Shown here: piece by piece, positions 37,366 to 55,130 of the stretch | Position numbering within the stretch: position 1 is the first letter of the stretch | Layout: every line of letters starts with the position of its first letter | From: the human T2T-CHM13v2.0 reference genome, Homo sapiens | Strand: one strand, 5' to 3' | DNA length: 64,000 bases | Assembly (NCBI RefSeq): GCF_009914755.1 | Contig: NC_060933.1 | Program-made: the position numbers and the translations under genes | The notes under the pieces: model-generated | Told to the model about the DNA's origin: nothing | Seen by the model: only the letters and a program-made list of their open reading frames with translations | Database searches by the model: none

Positions 37366-37779
37366 TAGTTTTCTTTTTGTTAATAATTTATAGTTTCATT
37401 CCTTGTGATCAGAAAAGATACTTTGATGACTTCAATTTTTTAAAAAAGTATTAAGATTTGTTTTGTGGCCTAACATGTTCTATCCTGGAGAATGTTTCAT
37501 GTGTACTTGGAAAGAACCTGTATTCTGCTGTTGTTGGGTGGACTGAATATGTCCTTTAGGTCTAATTGGTTTTTGTGTTGTTCAAGTCCTCTATTTTTTT
37601 TATTGGCTTTCTGTCTGGTTGTCCTATCCATTATTGAAAGTCAGGTATTGAAATCTTCAAGTATTATTGTAAAGTTTTCTGTTTCTCCCTTTAATTCTGT
37701 TAATGTTTCTTTGTATATTTGGGTGCTTGGCTGTTTGGTGCATATATGTTCATAATTGTTATGCATTCTTGATGAATGA

Positions 37780-38232
<453 letters not shown>

Positions 38233-40442
38233 TAGATCTAAAGTGAGATTCTTATAGACAGTATATAGTTGAATCATTTTTTATTCATTCTGTCAATCTG
38301 CCTTTTGATTGGAGAGTTTAAGTAATTACTAATGTGGAAAGACTGTTGTCATTTCGTTGTTTTCTGTATATCTTATAGCTTTTTGTTTCTCAAAAGAATA
38401 TAGCTTTTTATTCTCTGTATAATCCTATACAGACATACCTCATATTATTGCACTTTGTTTTATTGCATTGCTTTCATTACTACATTCTTTTGTGTTTTGT
38501 TGACTTTTAAAAAAGTAGTGAAGTGTTTTGATTCCCCTTTCATTTCCTTTTGTGTATAGATATTTTCTTTGTGGTTAATATGAGCCTTCCATTTAATATT
38601 CTAAAGTTATCAATTCAAATTAATATCAACTTAACTTCCACAGTATACAAATCAGTGCTTCTATACAGCATTGTCTACCCTTTTAGGTTATTGTTGTCAC
38701 AAATTACATCTTTGTACATTGTGTGCTCAGTAATATAGATTTGGCTTTCAAATCACATAGAAAATAAAGAGCAGAGTTATAAGCCAATTTTCAAATATTA
38801 TTGGCTTTTACATTTTCTCATGTATTTATCTTTATTGGAAATCTTTATTTCTTTGTGCAGGTTCAGGTTATATTTGAGATCCTTTCTTTTCAGCCTAATG
38901 ATTCCCTTTAGCATTTCTTTCAGGGCAAGTCTAGTAGGAAGAAACTCTCTCAGCTTGTGTTTACTTGCAAATGTCTTTTTTTGCCCCCATTTATAAGGAT
39001 AATTTTGCTGATATAGAATTCTTAGTTGAAAGGTTTTTTTGTTTTTGTTTTTGTTTTCACTCAGCACTTTAAATGTGTCATTCCCACTGCCTTCTGGCCT
39101 GTGAGGTTTCTGATGAGCAATCAGTTGATAATCTTATAGTGAATTTCTTGTCACATGTGACGTTGCTCCTCTCTTGCTGCTCTGAACATTTTCCCTTTGT
39201 CTTTAGTTTTTACTACTTTAATTATAATGTGTCTTCGTATGGATGTCTTTGAGTTTTCCTACTTGGAATCCCCACAATGCATATGTTGTTATGCTCGATA
39301 GTGTCTCACAGGTCCCTTAGGCTACATTCACTTTTTTCATTGCTTTTTCTTTCTGTTCCTCAGACTCAATAGTTTTAATTGCTCTTTCTTCAAGTTAACT
39401 ATTTTTTTGTTCTGCCTGCCCAAATCTGCTATTAAGCCCTCAAGTAAGTTTTTCAAATTTCAGTTATTATACTATCCAGAATTTTTGTTTGGCTCCTTTT
39501 TATAATTTCTCTTTATTTATATTCTCATTTTGTTCCTGTATCTGTTCCCTGATTTCCTTCAGCCCTTTGTACCTGTTTTGCTTTAGCTCTTTGAGCATTT
39601 TTAAGAATCATTTAAAAATCTTGGTCTAATAAGTTGAATTTGACTGCTATAATATAGTAACTTTTAAGTCTGTCTCTTTCTCTTCTCTAGGGTTTCCTGT
39701 TGTTTGTTTGATGATCTCAAATGGAGTCCACAGGCTGCCTGCCACCACCTCAACACCAAGACGTGCTGCACAAGGGAGGGGGTGGGACAAGAACAGGTTA
39801 AAACAAAACTTTCTTACTATTAATATTTTGAAGATTATTTTCTTATTGGGCATTAGCTTGATTGCTCTAAACACTTGACTGCTTTCCAGACTTTGGACAA
39901 AGTTGGTTCTGATAGTTGCTGCTTGATGTTTTTTGAGGTGGGGGAAGAATGTTACTGTGGAGGAAAAGGAGCTTGGTTCTTCCCAGTTCACCATTTTCCT
40001 GATCACACTTCTGAGCATTCTTTCATGAAACCCCCCTGACTGAGAGATGATATGGTGCCCAGAAAGGGATTCTCTGAGCCACACCTGGGTACCAGAGTCA
40101 GGCAAGCCTTGTGTATAGCAAGTGTACTTGGTCACCATGGGAACTCTAGGGGACAGGTGTTGTGGCCCCTCATTGAGGGCAAGTTTAACTGATGCCTGTG
40201 CTTGCTAGGAGGGCTCTCTTGAGGATATAAGGATGAGCATGGGAAGCAATACTGTGTGCATTTAGTAATATCTGCCCAGGAATGGGATGAGGAGCACACG
40301 TATTGTATATTTGTCATCTGTGTTCTATGATCAACTTTGATCCTTTTACATGTGGGGAAATTGAAACTCAGAGAGATCCACACAACTGGTCCACTGCAGG
40401 GCTGGGCCTTGGGCCCAGAACCCAGTACCCAATAATCCTATA

Positions 40443-40798
40443 CAGTCATACCTCATATTATTGCACTTTGTTTTATTGCATTGCACAGATATTGCATTTT
40501 TAACAAATTGATTTATGGCAACCCTGCATTGAGAAAGTCTATCGGCACAATTTTTCCAAGAGCATGTGCTCATTTTATGTCTCAGTGTCAGAAGTTTTTA
40601 GCAATAAAGTATTTTAAAATTAAGGTATGTAAATTTTTTTAGACTGTATCCTGTTGCACTCTTAGTATACTACAGTGTAGTGTAAACATAACTTTTACAT
40701 GCACTGGGAAACCAAAAAATGTGTGTGACTTGCTTTATTTTGGTATTTGCTTTATTGTGATCTGGAACCAAACCTGTAATATCTCCATGGTATGCCTG
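40443..40798. mobile_element. Internally deleted Tigger1-type DNA transposon
   Basis: TIRs cagtcatacctc...ggtatgcctg flanked by TA on both sides. Confidence 0.8.
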
Positions 40799-40799
40799 T

Positions 40800-41375
40800 A
40801 TTCTGAATAACTATTGCTGCACAGTAAACCACCCCAAAGCTTTGTGGTTCCAAACAACAATAATCTTATTATTCTCAAAGATTTTGTGGGTCAGAAACTG
40901 GAACAGAGCACAGTGGGAACAACTTATCTCTGTTCTACAATATCTGGTACTTCTGCTGGGACAACCAAAGGGTCTTGTGTGACTTCAACAGTTGGGAGCT
41001 AGGATTGCTGAGCATGAAGGTCCATTTAAAGATAGCATTCTTGATCTTTCAAAGGGACTGGGACAGCTGAGGGACAGGCCAGCTGGGAATGTCGACTGGA
41101 GTGACTCCATGTGGCTTTCTGTGTGGCTTGGGCTTCCTCACAGCATGGCAGACCAGAGCAGTGGGACTTCTTGGGGCTCCAAAGGTGGGTGTTCCAGTGA
41201 GCAAGGTAAAAGCTGCATGGCCTTTTGTGCCTTGGCCTTGGAAGTCACACAATTCTGTTCCTTGACTCTTTCTTTGGTCAAAGCAGCCATAGCCTACCAG
41301 ATTCAAAAAGGGCAAGCAGACCCACTTCTTGATGGAGCAGTGTTAAATAGCTCGCAGCCACATTTAAAAACTACC
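40800..41375 (-). mobile_element. MLT1-type MaLR LTR
   Basis: ctattgctgc...aaccaccccaaa...gggcttcctcacagcatggc...cccacttcttgatgg. Confidence 0.7.
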
Positions 41376-41467
41376 GCATCTGTCTTTGAAGCTCTATTCT
41401 CTGCACTGACACTGGCTTCCTGAAGGGCCTATCCAGCTGCCAGAGAAGAAAGCATGCAGTGACCTAC

Positions 41468-41611
41468 ACTTCTGAGCTTTGGGGGGCACCAGGAGGGTGT
41501 GGGCAGGGATAGGAGCTGCTCTGCCATATTTGGACAACACCCTTCTGAATGATGTCATGGAACTGGTGGCCTTGAGCTGGTGGTTAGGAAGCACTTCTGA
41601 GCAAACCATGA
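41468..41611 (-). pseudogene. Candidate pseudo-exon: MVCSEVLPNHQLKATSSMTSFRRVLSKYGRAAPIPAHTLLVPPKAQK
   Basis: Very strong acceptor ccatctccttcttccccctgcag and donor AGT|gtaggt. 144 nt, symmetric phase 1-1, no stop. Confidence 0.5.
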
Positions 41612-42788
41612 CTGCAGGGGGAAGAAGGAGATGGAACTTATTAAGCACCTACTGTGTGCCAAACACCTATATCCAGCTCTGGTTACAGGTGTTGGGTGTT
41701 CCGCATACAGTAGGTGCTGAAGAGGGTGGCCAGCTGGGTAATGGGAACAGAACAGAGCCTGGGATATAGGGTACAGGGCTTATTATTGGTGTTATCACTT
41801 CATGTCTCCCAGAGAGGCCTCTGTGGGTCACTGCCCCCCTCAATGAGTTCTGAAGAGAGAAAACAGAGGCCGTGGTCCAGTCAGTATGGGGAGCACTGTG
41901 TTCCCGACACCCCACTGCGTGTTAAGGTCAGGCGCCACATCTTGTAGTCAGTTGCTTTGCCGAGTGGCTCCAGCTTTCTCTAGCTCCTCTCTGGGCCTCA
42001 GTTTCCCTGCCTGCTGGCCAACAGAGGGCCCTGCCAACTCTGGCTGCCTATGACCAGGGTGGCTCCAGAGGGTGCTGCTGGGAGGGGTGCCAACCCTACC
42101 TCTCTGCAAGTGAAACTGGGCATGCCACTCACCTCTCTGGGCCTCAGTTTCCTCTTCTGAGCATTGAGGAAATTTGGGGGTTTCCATGTTCCTTCCAGTC
42201 AGAAACCAGATGCTGCCATGTCCCCCAACCCAAGGCCTCAGGAACAGTGCTGGATGGTCATTTTTGAGGTTTTCTGTCTCTGTCTCTCCGAGTGAGGTTT
42301 GCTGGGAAAGCTAAGAATAGAATCCAGCCAGGCTGTAGTGGCGGCCAGCTGGAACCTGATATAGTCACATATGAGAACTGGTAGGCCTGCATGCCGACCC
42401 TCTATGGACCAGAATGGGACAGAGGCCAGAATATGGCCATGCTCTTCATCCTCACTCCTGCCCCACTGCCCTCAGCCCAGTCCTCCGGCTCCATCTGACT
42501 GAAAATCAGGGCATGTAGGGTGATGGTTTGGGCTGCAGCCAGGTCTGTGCCTGCTGTGGCCTCTGAGCTCTGGAGTCAAATGGGGACTGTGGAAGAGGCT
42601 GCCTAGAGTGGCAGAAACCCTACCCTGGAATGGGGAGCTGGCTCAGCTGCGGGCTCACTGTGTGAGCCTCAGCAACTTGCCATCCCTCTCTGGTTTCAGT
42701 TAGTGGCATCACGCCTCATGGTGCTCTGTCTATATCCTGGTTCAGGTTCAGTGGAGGGGAGACCCTGGGCCCCCTCCTTGAGTGCCTC

Positions 42789-42835
<47 letters not shown>

Positions 42836-43307
42836 ACCTGTCTATCTTATCTATGATCTATCAATCATCTATCTTATCTATGATCTGTGTATCATCTACC
42901 TATCATTGATCTGTCATCTAGCTAGCTAGCTAGCTATCATTTATCTTAACTCTATCTGTTAAAATTTATTTATTTTTGTCATCTATCTAAATCTGTCTTC
43001 ATTATCATCTTTTATCTATCAAAATCTATCAAAATTTATATATTATTTATCATCTATTATCTGTCACCCACTTATCAATCAAAATCTGTCACCTATCTAT
43101 CCACTTATAATCTATCATCTGTCTCTATCTGTCCACCTATCATATATCACCTATCTAGCTCTCTATTATCTATATCTATCTATCCATCCACCTGTCATCT
43201 ATCTCCCTATTATCTGTCTCTATCTAGCTATCTATCCACCTATCATCTATGTATCACCCATCTATCTCTCTATTATCCCTATCTATGTATCTATCTATGT
43301 ATCTATG

Positions 43308-43344
<37 letters not shown>

Positions 43345-43376
43345 CTCTCTCTATCTATCTATCTATCATCTATCTG
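42789..43376. repeat. Compound (TCTA)n / (TCTATCA)n microsatellite tract
   Basis: Pure TCTA runs at ~42790-42834 and ~43310-43365 with a degenerate interior. Confidence 0.95.
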
Positions 43377-43388
43377 ATTATTACTCAC

Positions 43389-43543
43389 ACCAATACTCTA
43401 AGTCACCAGGTCAAGGATGGAGTCTGGATCTGCTCTGTTTGTTTGTTCCCTAAACCTCTCAGGTGACTTGCTGTCCAGGCCAAGTGGAGAAAAGCAATGC
43501 AGTTCTTAGTGGTTTCTGCCTCTGGTTAAGCCAAGATTTCTCT
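43389..43543 (-). pseudogene. Candidate pseudo-exon: REILA*PEAETTKNCIAFLHLAWTASHLRGLGNKQTEQIQTPSLTW*LRVL
   Basis: Acceptor ctctctctttttttaag and donor GGT|gtgagt. 155 nt. Confidence 0.4.
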
Positions 43544-44009
43544 CTTAAAAAAAGAGAGAGGCACAGACCTCATTCACAGGAAGAGCTCCTGTCCACAGTG
43601 TGTAGTTTGGAGATGCTAAGCAGCTGGCCTGGATGAGCCTAGATTCCTCTTGTGGTTGTCTCTGTTTTCTTGTTTCCTGACCACATGGCTTTGGCTGGAG
43701 GGTCAGGACACAAGAATGCTCAGGCCTGGGCTTCCAGATCTGGGGTTCCATCCCTAAGCAGGAACACTCCACTGCCTGTTCCACCCTGCAGTTGGTTACG
43801 GGTGCTGTTTACATGTTCCCTGACACTGTGGCCTTTGTGTTACTACAGTAACATTTTCCCCTCCATCCCTCCAACCTGGGGATGCCTCCCCGGGGCCATT
43901 CTCTCTGCTGATCACTGCCACATCTGTGAAGCTGTTCCTGGTTCCCAGTGTGCAGCGAGTGGGGGAGGGTTCATAGACTGGGTTTATGGATGACCGATGC
44001 TGTGGATGA

Positions 44010-44106
44010 CAGTGTGTGCATGCATGCAAGTGTGTATATGTGTGTGTGTGTGCACACATGTGCATGCACGTGTAGGGTGCATGTGTGTGCATGTGCATGG
44101 GTGTGT
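44010..44106. repeat. (TG)/(TGCA) alternating purine-pyrimidine repeat
   Basis: gtgtgtgcatgcatgcaagtgtgtatatgtgtgtgtgtgtgcacacatg. Confidence 0.85.
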
Positions 44107-44268
44107 TTGCTCACAAATGTGCATCGTTCTGCGTCATGGGCACAGAACTCCATCATATTCTCACAGGGGTCTAGGACCCCCAGAACGTTAGATTCCATCC
44201 CTATCATAGATTCTATCCCTATCAGGGCTCAGAGATTCATTCCTTGATCCCTCCTCCTCAGGACTCAC

Positions 44269-44387
44269 AATGTGGCTAGATTTGACCCCTACAGTGGTCA
44301 CAACACTGTTCTCAATTTGTTTTCTTTAATGGCTCTGGGATGTTAGCGACTTAGGGCGAGTGATAAGTTCTGACCCATCATTGTCTC
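44269..44387 (-). pseudogene. Candidate pseudo-exon: DNDGSELITRPKSLTSQSH*RKQIENSVVTTVGVKSSHI
   Basis: Strong donor ATT|gtgagt but weak aag acceptor. One stop. Ends in phase 0. Confidence 0.3.
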
Positions 44388-44959
44388 CTTGGTGGACCCA
44401 AGTGACAGAGCCTCAGCCTCACTGTTTAAGCAGGTGCTGGACTCCAGTGGGTCGTTTGTGAAACAGTTCCAGGTCAACTGGCCTCAGGTGTGACTGGATA
44501 CAGGAGTCCCAGTGATCTTACCAGGATCCTGAGTCCTGTTCAATTTCTGGGCTCCACTTAATGATTTTTGATTCTAATATCAGACAGGCCTGCCCTGGTG
44601 GTCACAGGCAGCCATGAGCAGTTCTGGCATCACCCTTTCCTGACTCCAGCCCTGCACAGAGCTGCAAGACTCTATGCCAACCTCCCCAGTGAGGCAGGGC
44701 CACTTCTGAGCCCTGTGGGGGTAAGGGTGGGGACAACACCATGTTGATTGGCTAGGCCTGGTCACATGTTTCCCATCGGTGGTAGAGCCTAATCCCTGCT
44801 CCATAGACCAAGTGCGGAGGAGGGAGGAGGAACACTCCCCAAGTGCCAAAGACATGGATGCAAGAGGCAGGAGTGAATGTGGGGAGGCCAAGACCAAATG
44901 TTCCCAACAACCAACCACCACAGTTGATGAAGGATGTGTTGATGAATGCACAGTATCCA

Positions 44960-45465
44960 GTTATGATGGTTAATTTTATGTGTCAACTTGTCTGAGCCAC
45001 GGGGTGTCCACCTAGCTGGTTACACATGATTTCTGGGTGTGTTTGTGAGGGCCTTTCTGGATGAAATCGGCACTTGAATTGGTGGACTGAGCAAAACAGG
45101 TGGCCCTCCCCAGTGTGGTGGGTCTCACCCAATCCCTCTAGGGCCCAAATAGAGCAAAAAGGCAGAGGAAGCGGGGATCTGCCCCTTTTCTTCCTGCCTG
45201 CCTGTTCGTGCTGTGACTTTAGTATTCTGACCTTAAACTGGGACCTACACTCTTAGCTCCCTTGCTTCTCAGGTGTCTGCACTCAAACTGGAATTACAGC
45301 ACTGCTTTCCTGGGTCTCCAGCCTGCAGACACCACACTGCGGGACTTCAACCCCTCCGTAAACACACAAGCCAATGCTTCATAACGCATTGCAAATGCCT
45401 TCTCATATATATATATATCTGAGAAAGAGAGAGGACATAGAGATTCAATATATGTTTATATATCT

Positions 45466-45504
<39 letters not shown>

Positions 45505-45960
45505 GTGTGTGTGTGTATAATTAGCCATCAGGGAAATGCAAACTAAAACCATAATACCGCTGGCCAGGAGTGGTTTTGAGGTGTAATCCCAGTACTTTGG
45601 GAGGCCGAAGCAGGCAGATGTCTTGAGCTCAGGAATTCAAGACCAGCCTGGGCAGCATAGTGAGACCCCATCTCTACAAAAAATGCAAAAAATTAGCTTG
45701 CCATGGTGGCATGTGCCTGTAATCCCAGCTACTTGGGACCTGAAGTGGGAGGATCACCTGAGACTGGGAGGTTGAGGCTGTAGTGAGCCAAAATAGTACC
45801 ACTGAACTCCAGCCTGGGTGACAGACTGAGGCCTTGTCTCAAAAGAAACCCCCCGAAGCAAAAAAAAAGAAAACAAAAAAACACCCCACACTACCACACT
45901 ATATATGGTGTGGACAGAGGAATATTCTCTTGGTTCTGTTTCTCTGAAGAGCCCCAACAC
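44960..45960 (+). mobile_element. MLT2 (ERVL) LTR interrupted by (TA)/(TG)n and an Alu
   Basis: Start tgatggttaattttatgtgtcaacttg and end ttggttctgtttctctgaagagccc. Confidence 0.8.
45562..45881 (+). mobile_element. AluJ-type SINE
   Basis: Diverged Alu with AluJ-type gggaggatcacctgag...gaggctgtagtgagcc. Confidence 0.88.
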
Positions 45961-46175
45961 ACCAGTGCCTCTCACAGATTACTTCTAGTCATCACATGAA
46001 AACAAGTAATAGGCAAGAAAACAGGGGACCTATTACCTGCTTTTCACAGACGGTGAATGTGACTTGTAGGGAGCACATCTTACCCAAGGAGGCAGCTCTG
46101 AAGTTACCCAGAGAGCACAGGAACCCAGTTCTTTGTGACTCAACACTAAGGGGTTTTCACTGCCCCAAAGCTCAC

Positions 46176-46827
46176 CCCATACTTGTTGAATGAAAAATAC
46201 ACAAATGGAAACAAGCCATAACCAGCGCTGTGGCCTGAAGGGCATGATGGAGGTGCATGAGCTGTCTGTCCCCAGGGTGAGCAAGGCCAGAGGTCAATTT
46301 CTTGCAGTTTCCGGGAAGAGATCTTTTACCCAACTCCCTGACATTTTTCTTGGTGGCAACTTCCCAGCTTCCCTGGCTATTCTCTTCCCAAGGTGACATT
46401 CCAGAATGCCAGCACCTCAACAGACAATATTCTGAGGGATCAGGGCTTTTTGCAGAATAATCCTGGCTGGTGACTGGGACAAACCTCGGTTTGTGGCTGC
46501 AGGGAAGTGGGTAGCGCAGGGGCTGCCCAGGTGGGGTGCAACGTGGGCCCCAGACCGTCTGTCTCCATTCCATCACAGCAACTTCTTTCCCCTTGCGGGT
46601 GTTCCTGGCAACTTCCTCCATGAGAGGAGATCTATGAGCAGACCCAGGCGGAGCCAAGAACTTGTGAATGGTCCAAGTGCCTTCCCCATGAGGAATGGAG
46701 CCGTGGCGGGCAAAGCCTCCTTTTCAGCACACATCCCCTCAAAGTCCATTTGTCCCGGGTTTATGGGCACTGCTTTTTCAAAGGCATGGGTTTTCAAAGG
46801 AGGTTCAGCTGCGTTCCTGGGGCTGAC
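46176..46827 (-). pseudogene. Candidate large pseudo-exon: linker ending in LMHLHHALQA/x/SAGYGLFPFVYF
   Basis: Acceptor ctgcctgttaccag and donor GGG|gtgagc. 652 nt covered by overlapping stop-free minus-strand frames (ORFs 46573-46860 and 46172-46657) joined by frameshifts. Non-repetitive. Confidence 0.55.
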
Positions 46828-47039
46828 CTGGTAACAGGCAGTTTTTTGAGATAATGTCACAATTTTCTAGTTGGACTTCATTGGTTCTGGGGTCAGGGAT
46901 TGGTACTATGGAGGGGAGTCCCAGGAGGTTGAGACAAAGAGAAAGGTTTCCAGAGTTGGGTGTGGTCCCCTGCTCCAACAGTGTGGGCTCTGCCGTGGTG
47001 AGTGGGAAGCATCATTTTGTTACATTGCTGATTATCTTA

Positions 47040-49920
<2,881 letters not shown>

Positions 49921-50589
49921 CATCTCTTCAGATCATTCCACATCTAACACATCTCATTGTTGATGAATGGTGATTATATTATGAAACTCTTGATTCTATT
50001 TAATCTTCCTTTTTTTCTTCTTTTAATCTGGAAGTCCCTTGTATTATATAGATACAAGGGGCAAGTGGGTGTGAGTGTTTAGCTTTCCCTTTGGCCCTGC
50101 TGATACCTTCTTGGCTGAAGTGTCACTGCACTGTCTCTTAATGGAGATGTAAGATCACCCTCCTTCTGGGCCCCACTGATACCAGGGAGGGGAAGAGGAG
50201 GGCTGGCTCACACTGTTTTGTTGCTGCAGGGAGGGATGCAAACTCAATTCCCCTCTGGGCCTCACTGACACCAGGAGCCCTGACTTACATCACTTTGCTC
50301 AGTCTTATTGATGCTGGAGGTGATGGAGGCTTAGCTTGCCACTGGATCACACTAACACCACTGGCAGGAGAACTGGGGTGCCGCCTGCTTCTGCTGGGCA
50401 GAGGATGGAAGATGAACAGCACTCAATACCACCCAGAGTAATACTAAGCAGAGAATGGAAGGTTGACTTCCTGTTCAGACCTGCTGAAACCACAAGGGCA
50501 AGGTGGGTACAGGTTTCCCTTCATCTTTGGCTGGAGTAGGGTGGGTATTGCTAGTTTTCTGCTATTAGGCTACCCTTTTTCATTTTTTG

Positions 50590-52165
<1,576 letters not shown>

Positions 52166-52500
52166 ACTGTTGGTGGCCCTCTGAGGGTGATATCATGAGT
52201 ATTCTCATTACATAGGTGACAACTGATGGCCAGGGAGTCCGAGTGATTCGCCTGTAGGTGGTGGAGCCAGGTCGGAGGCCAGGCAGCCTGGCTGCAGAGC
52301 TCTGCTGTCTTTCAGACAGGTAAGTACTGAAGGCTTCACTGCTGGTCTCCAATGCCATGGAATGATGGGATATCGCACAGTGACATTCTTTGTGTAAAAA
52401 CCAACTACCTCACTTTTAAGAAACCAATTAGTGCTATCAGAAAACCCAGAGAATTCATAGCCATGCAATAACTACCATGCCATATAAAAATCTAAGCCTA

Positions 52501-52837
<337 letters not shown>

Positions 52838-54799
52838 CTAAAATTGAAGACACCAAAAGGCAAGTGATGCAGGAAGACTTTCTCAGAGTTAGACTTGCAG
52901 TGTGGCTAAACCATCTAATTTCATCTGAATCAAATTCCAAACAGGTTGGAAAATTAAACCACCGAGATGTTAATCAAAGCTGGCTTACAACAAAAAACAA
53001 AACATGGAAACTTTATGTTTCAAATATGATTTATTTTCTTTTTAAAAACAGGTATCTCTTTTCCATGATTCAAAATTCAATAGGTAGAAAAGGGTGCATG
53101 GGAAAATCCCTTCCCTCCCTATTCAGTCCCAGCCACCCCATCCCGCCTAGTTCCTGCATGTCCTTCCAGGTTTTCTCTATGCATAAACATTTGATCCATA
53201 TATGCTTCCATTTTAAACAAATACTGTCTAGGTGCACAGATGTTGTGCCTTGGGATTTTTTAACTTGCTGCTCTGTCTTGGAGATTAGTCCTCGTAAGGG
53301 TGTACAGAGCTTCCTTGTTCCTTCTGATGACTTGGCCTCATCCTCTCTCCCCCTTCCCTTCCCACTGGATCTTTGGCAGTCAGAGCTGAGGGCAGAGGCC
53401 CCAGCAGCATTGTTCTGAGTTCTGAGTCCAAATCTTTCCCAGTCCCCAGAGTACAGCTGTCTTGCTGATGCCCCTCAGAAACCTCTGCAGAAGCCAGGAG
53501 AGCTCCTGAAATACAGGGGGCCCTCCTGTGCCTTCTGGGATGGAGCTGGACCCAGCAGGGAGACAGAAAGGAGAGCGTTACAGGAGGCAATGTCCATTCG
53601 GACCCAGCAGAGGCACAATAGCTTCCTCCTGCCCATGCAGGCCTCATTCCTGGCTGTGAGTCCACCATAGGGTTCCCAGGCCTGCCACCTCCCACAGCCC
53701 CAGGGCATGCCACCTGGGCACGCCACCTTCCACAGCCCCAGGAGGGAGAAAATACTCCTGCACCCAGCAGGTGAGGAGATGGGTGCAAGGGAGAACAGGA
53801 CCTGGCCATGCTTTCAAGCTGGCTTGTGACTGTGAGGGGGTTCAACCCCTGCCCACACCCCCTGTAAAAATGGCTGAATGTTTTTGTTCCTCTTGGGAGA
53901 ACACACACCCAGTTTCCCAGCAGAGCCCAAGCTCTGGGGCCAGACAGCCCTCCCTTGAGTCCTTGCCTGCCCTGAGCAGTGGTGTGCCCCTGGGCACCCT
54001 CCTTCAGCTCCGTATCTGCACCTGGGAAGTACCTGGCAGCGGGAAGACTGTGCAGGTTCAGGATGTGAAGGGGTCTGGGTAGCACCCAGCTTTGTGAGGA
54101 GGAGATCCTGCTGACCGGGTGCTGAGTGCTCTGGCTCCCTCATTACTGGAAGGAAGCCCTCCTCCCTCCTGACAGAGACGCCCCTGCCCCACAGGACTTT
54201 CTAAGGGGCACAGAGCTCCCTGACTTGCCCCTTCCCAGAATTCTGGCTCTCCTGCTGCACCTATCTGATAATTTGGCACAGGTGCACAATCCCAGGTGCC
54301 CTCAAGTGGGTCTGCCTCCTCTGACTCTACCTGGCTCTTGGCTCTGTGAGCACAGAGCTGGGGTGTTGTCAGACACAATTGCAGCTGCCAGGTCCCAAGG
54401 CATGCTGGAACCTGGAAGTGTGGGAAGGCAGAAGGCTGGGAAACAGCCCCTCTGAGGAGCCTTCTATAACCCACCCCTGACCTCAGAGCAGAAGCATAGA
54501 GGTGGAACAGGATGACAAGGCTGTCTGCCCCTTCGTCTGAGACCACAATGTGCCTGGTGGATGAAGGGACAGGGCAATGGCAGCTGTTTCTGCTGCTTGC
54601 CCTCCATCCTGCCATCTTCTGTTTTTCTTTGGAGGCTCACAGGTCTCCTTCTGTCAGGGTCCAGGTGGTTTAGGTGGGGCTGACCCTGGGGCCTAGTCCT
54701 TGGTCAGCACATACGGCATTGCCCTGGCGGTCATGAGGGCCTCAGAGCCATCCGACATAGAGCCCGATCAGAGTTTGGCAAAGTGGGTAGAAATACACC

Positions 54800-55130
54800 A
54801 CAGATTGTGTGTAGTTTACAAGGACCTCACTTTAATGACATAGGCAGGTTAAAAGTAAAAGATTAGAAAAGATAATAGGATGCAAATGCTAATTGTTTTA
54901 CAGTAGAAGTGTTTATATAAATATCAGATAAAGTAGACTTCAGAGCTAAGAAAATTACTAGTGACAAAGGGAGGCATTATATCATGAGAAAAAGCTCAAT
55001 CCACCAGGAAGACATAATGGTCCTAACTAAACAACAGAGCCTCAAACTGCACAAGGGAAAACTAGGAGAGCTGAAAGGACAAACAGCCAAATCCACAGTT
55101 ATAGTTGGCTTTGAGCACGTGACCTCAGCC
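54800..55130 (+). mobile_element. L1 ORF2 endonuclease-region fragment
   Basis: atatcagataaagtagacttcagagc...aatccaccaggaagacata...aaatccacagttatagttgg. Confidence 0.75.
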
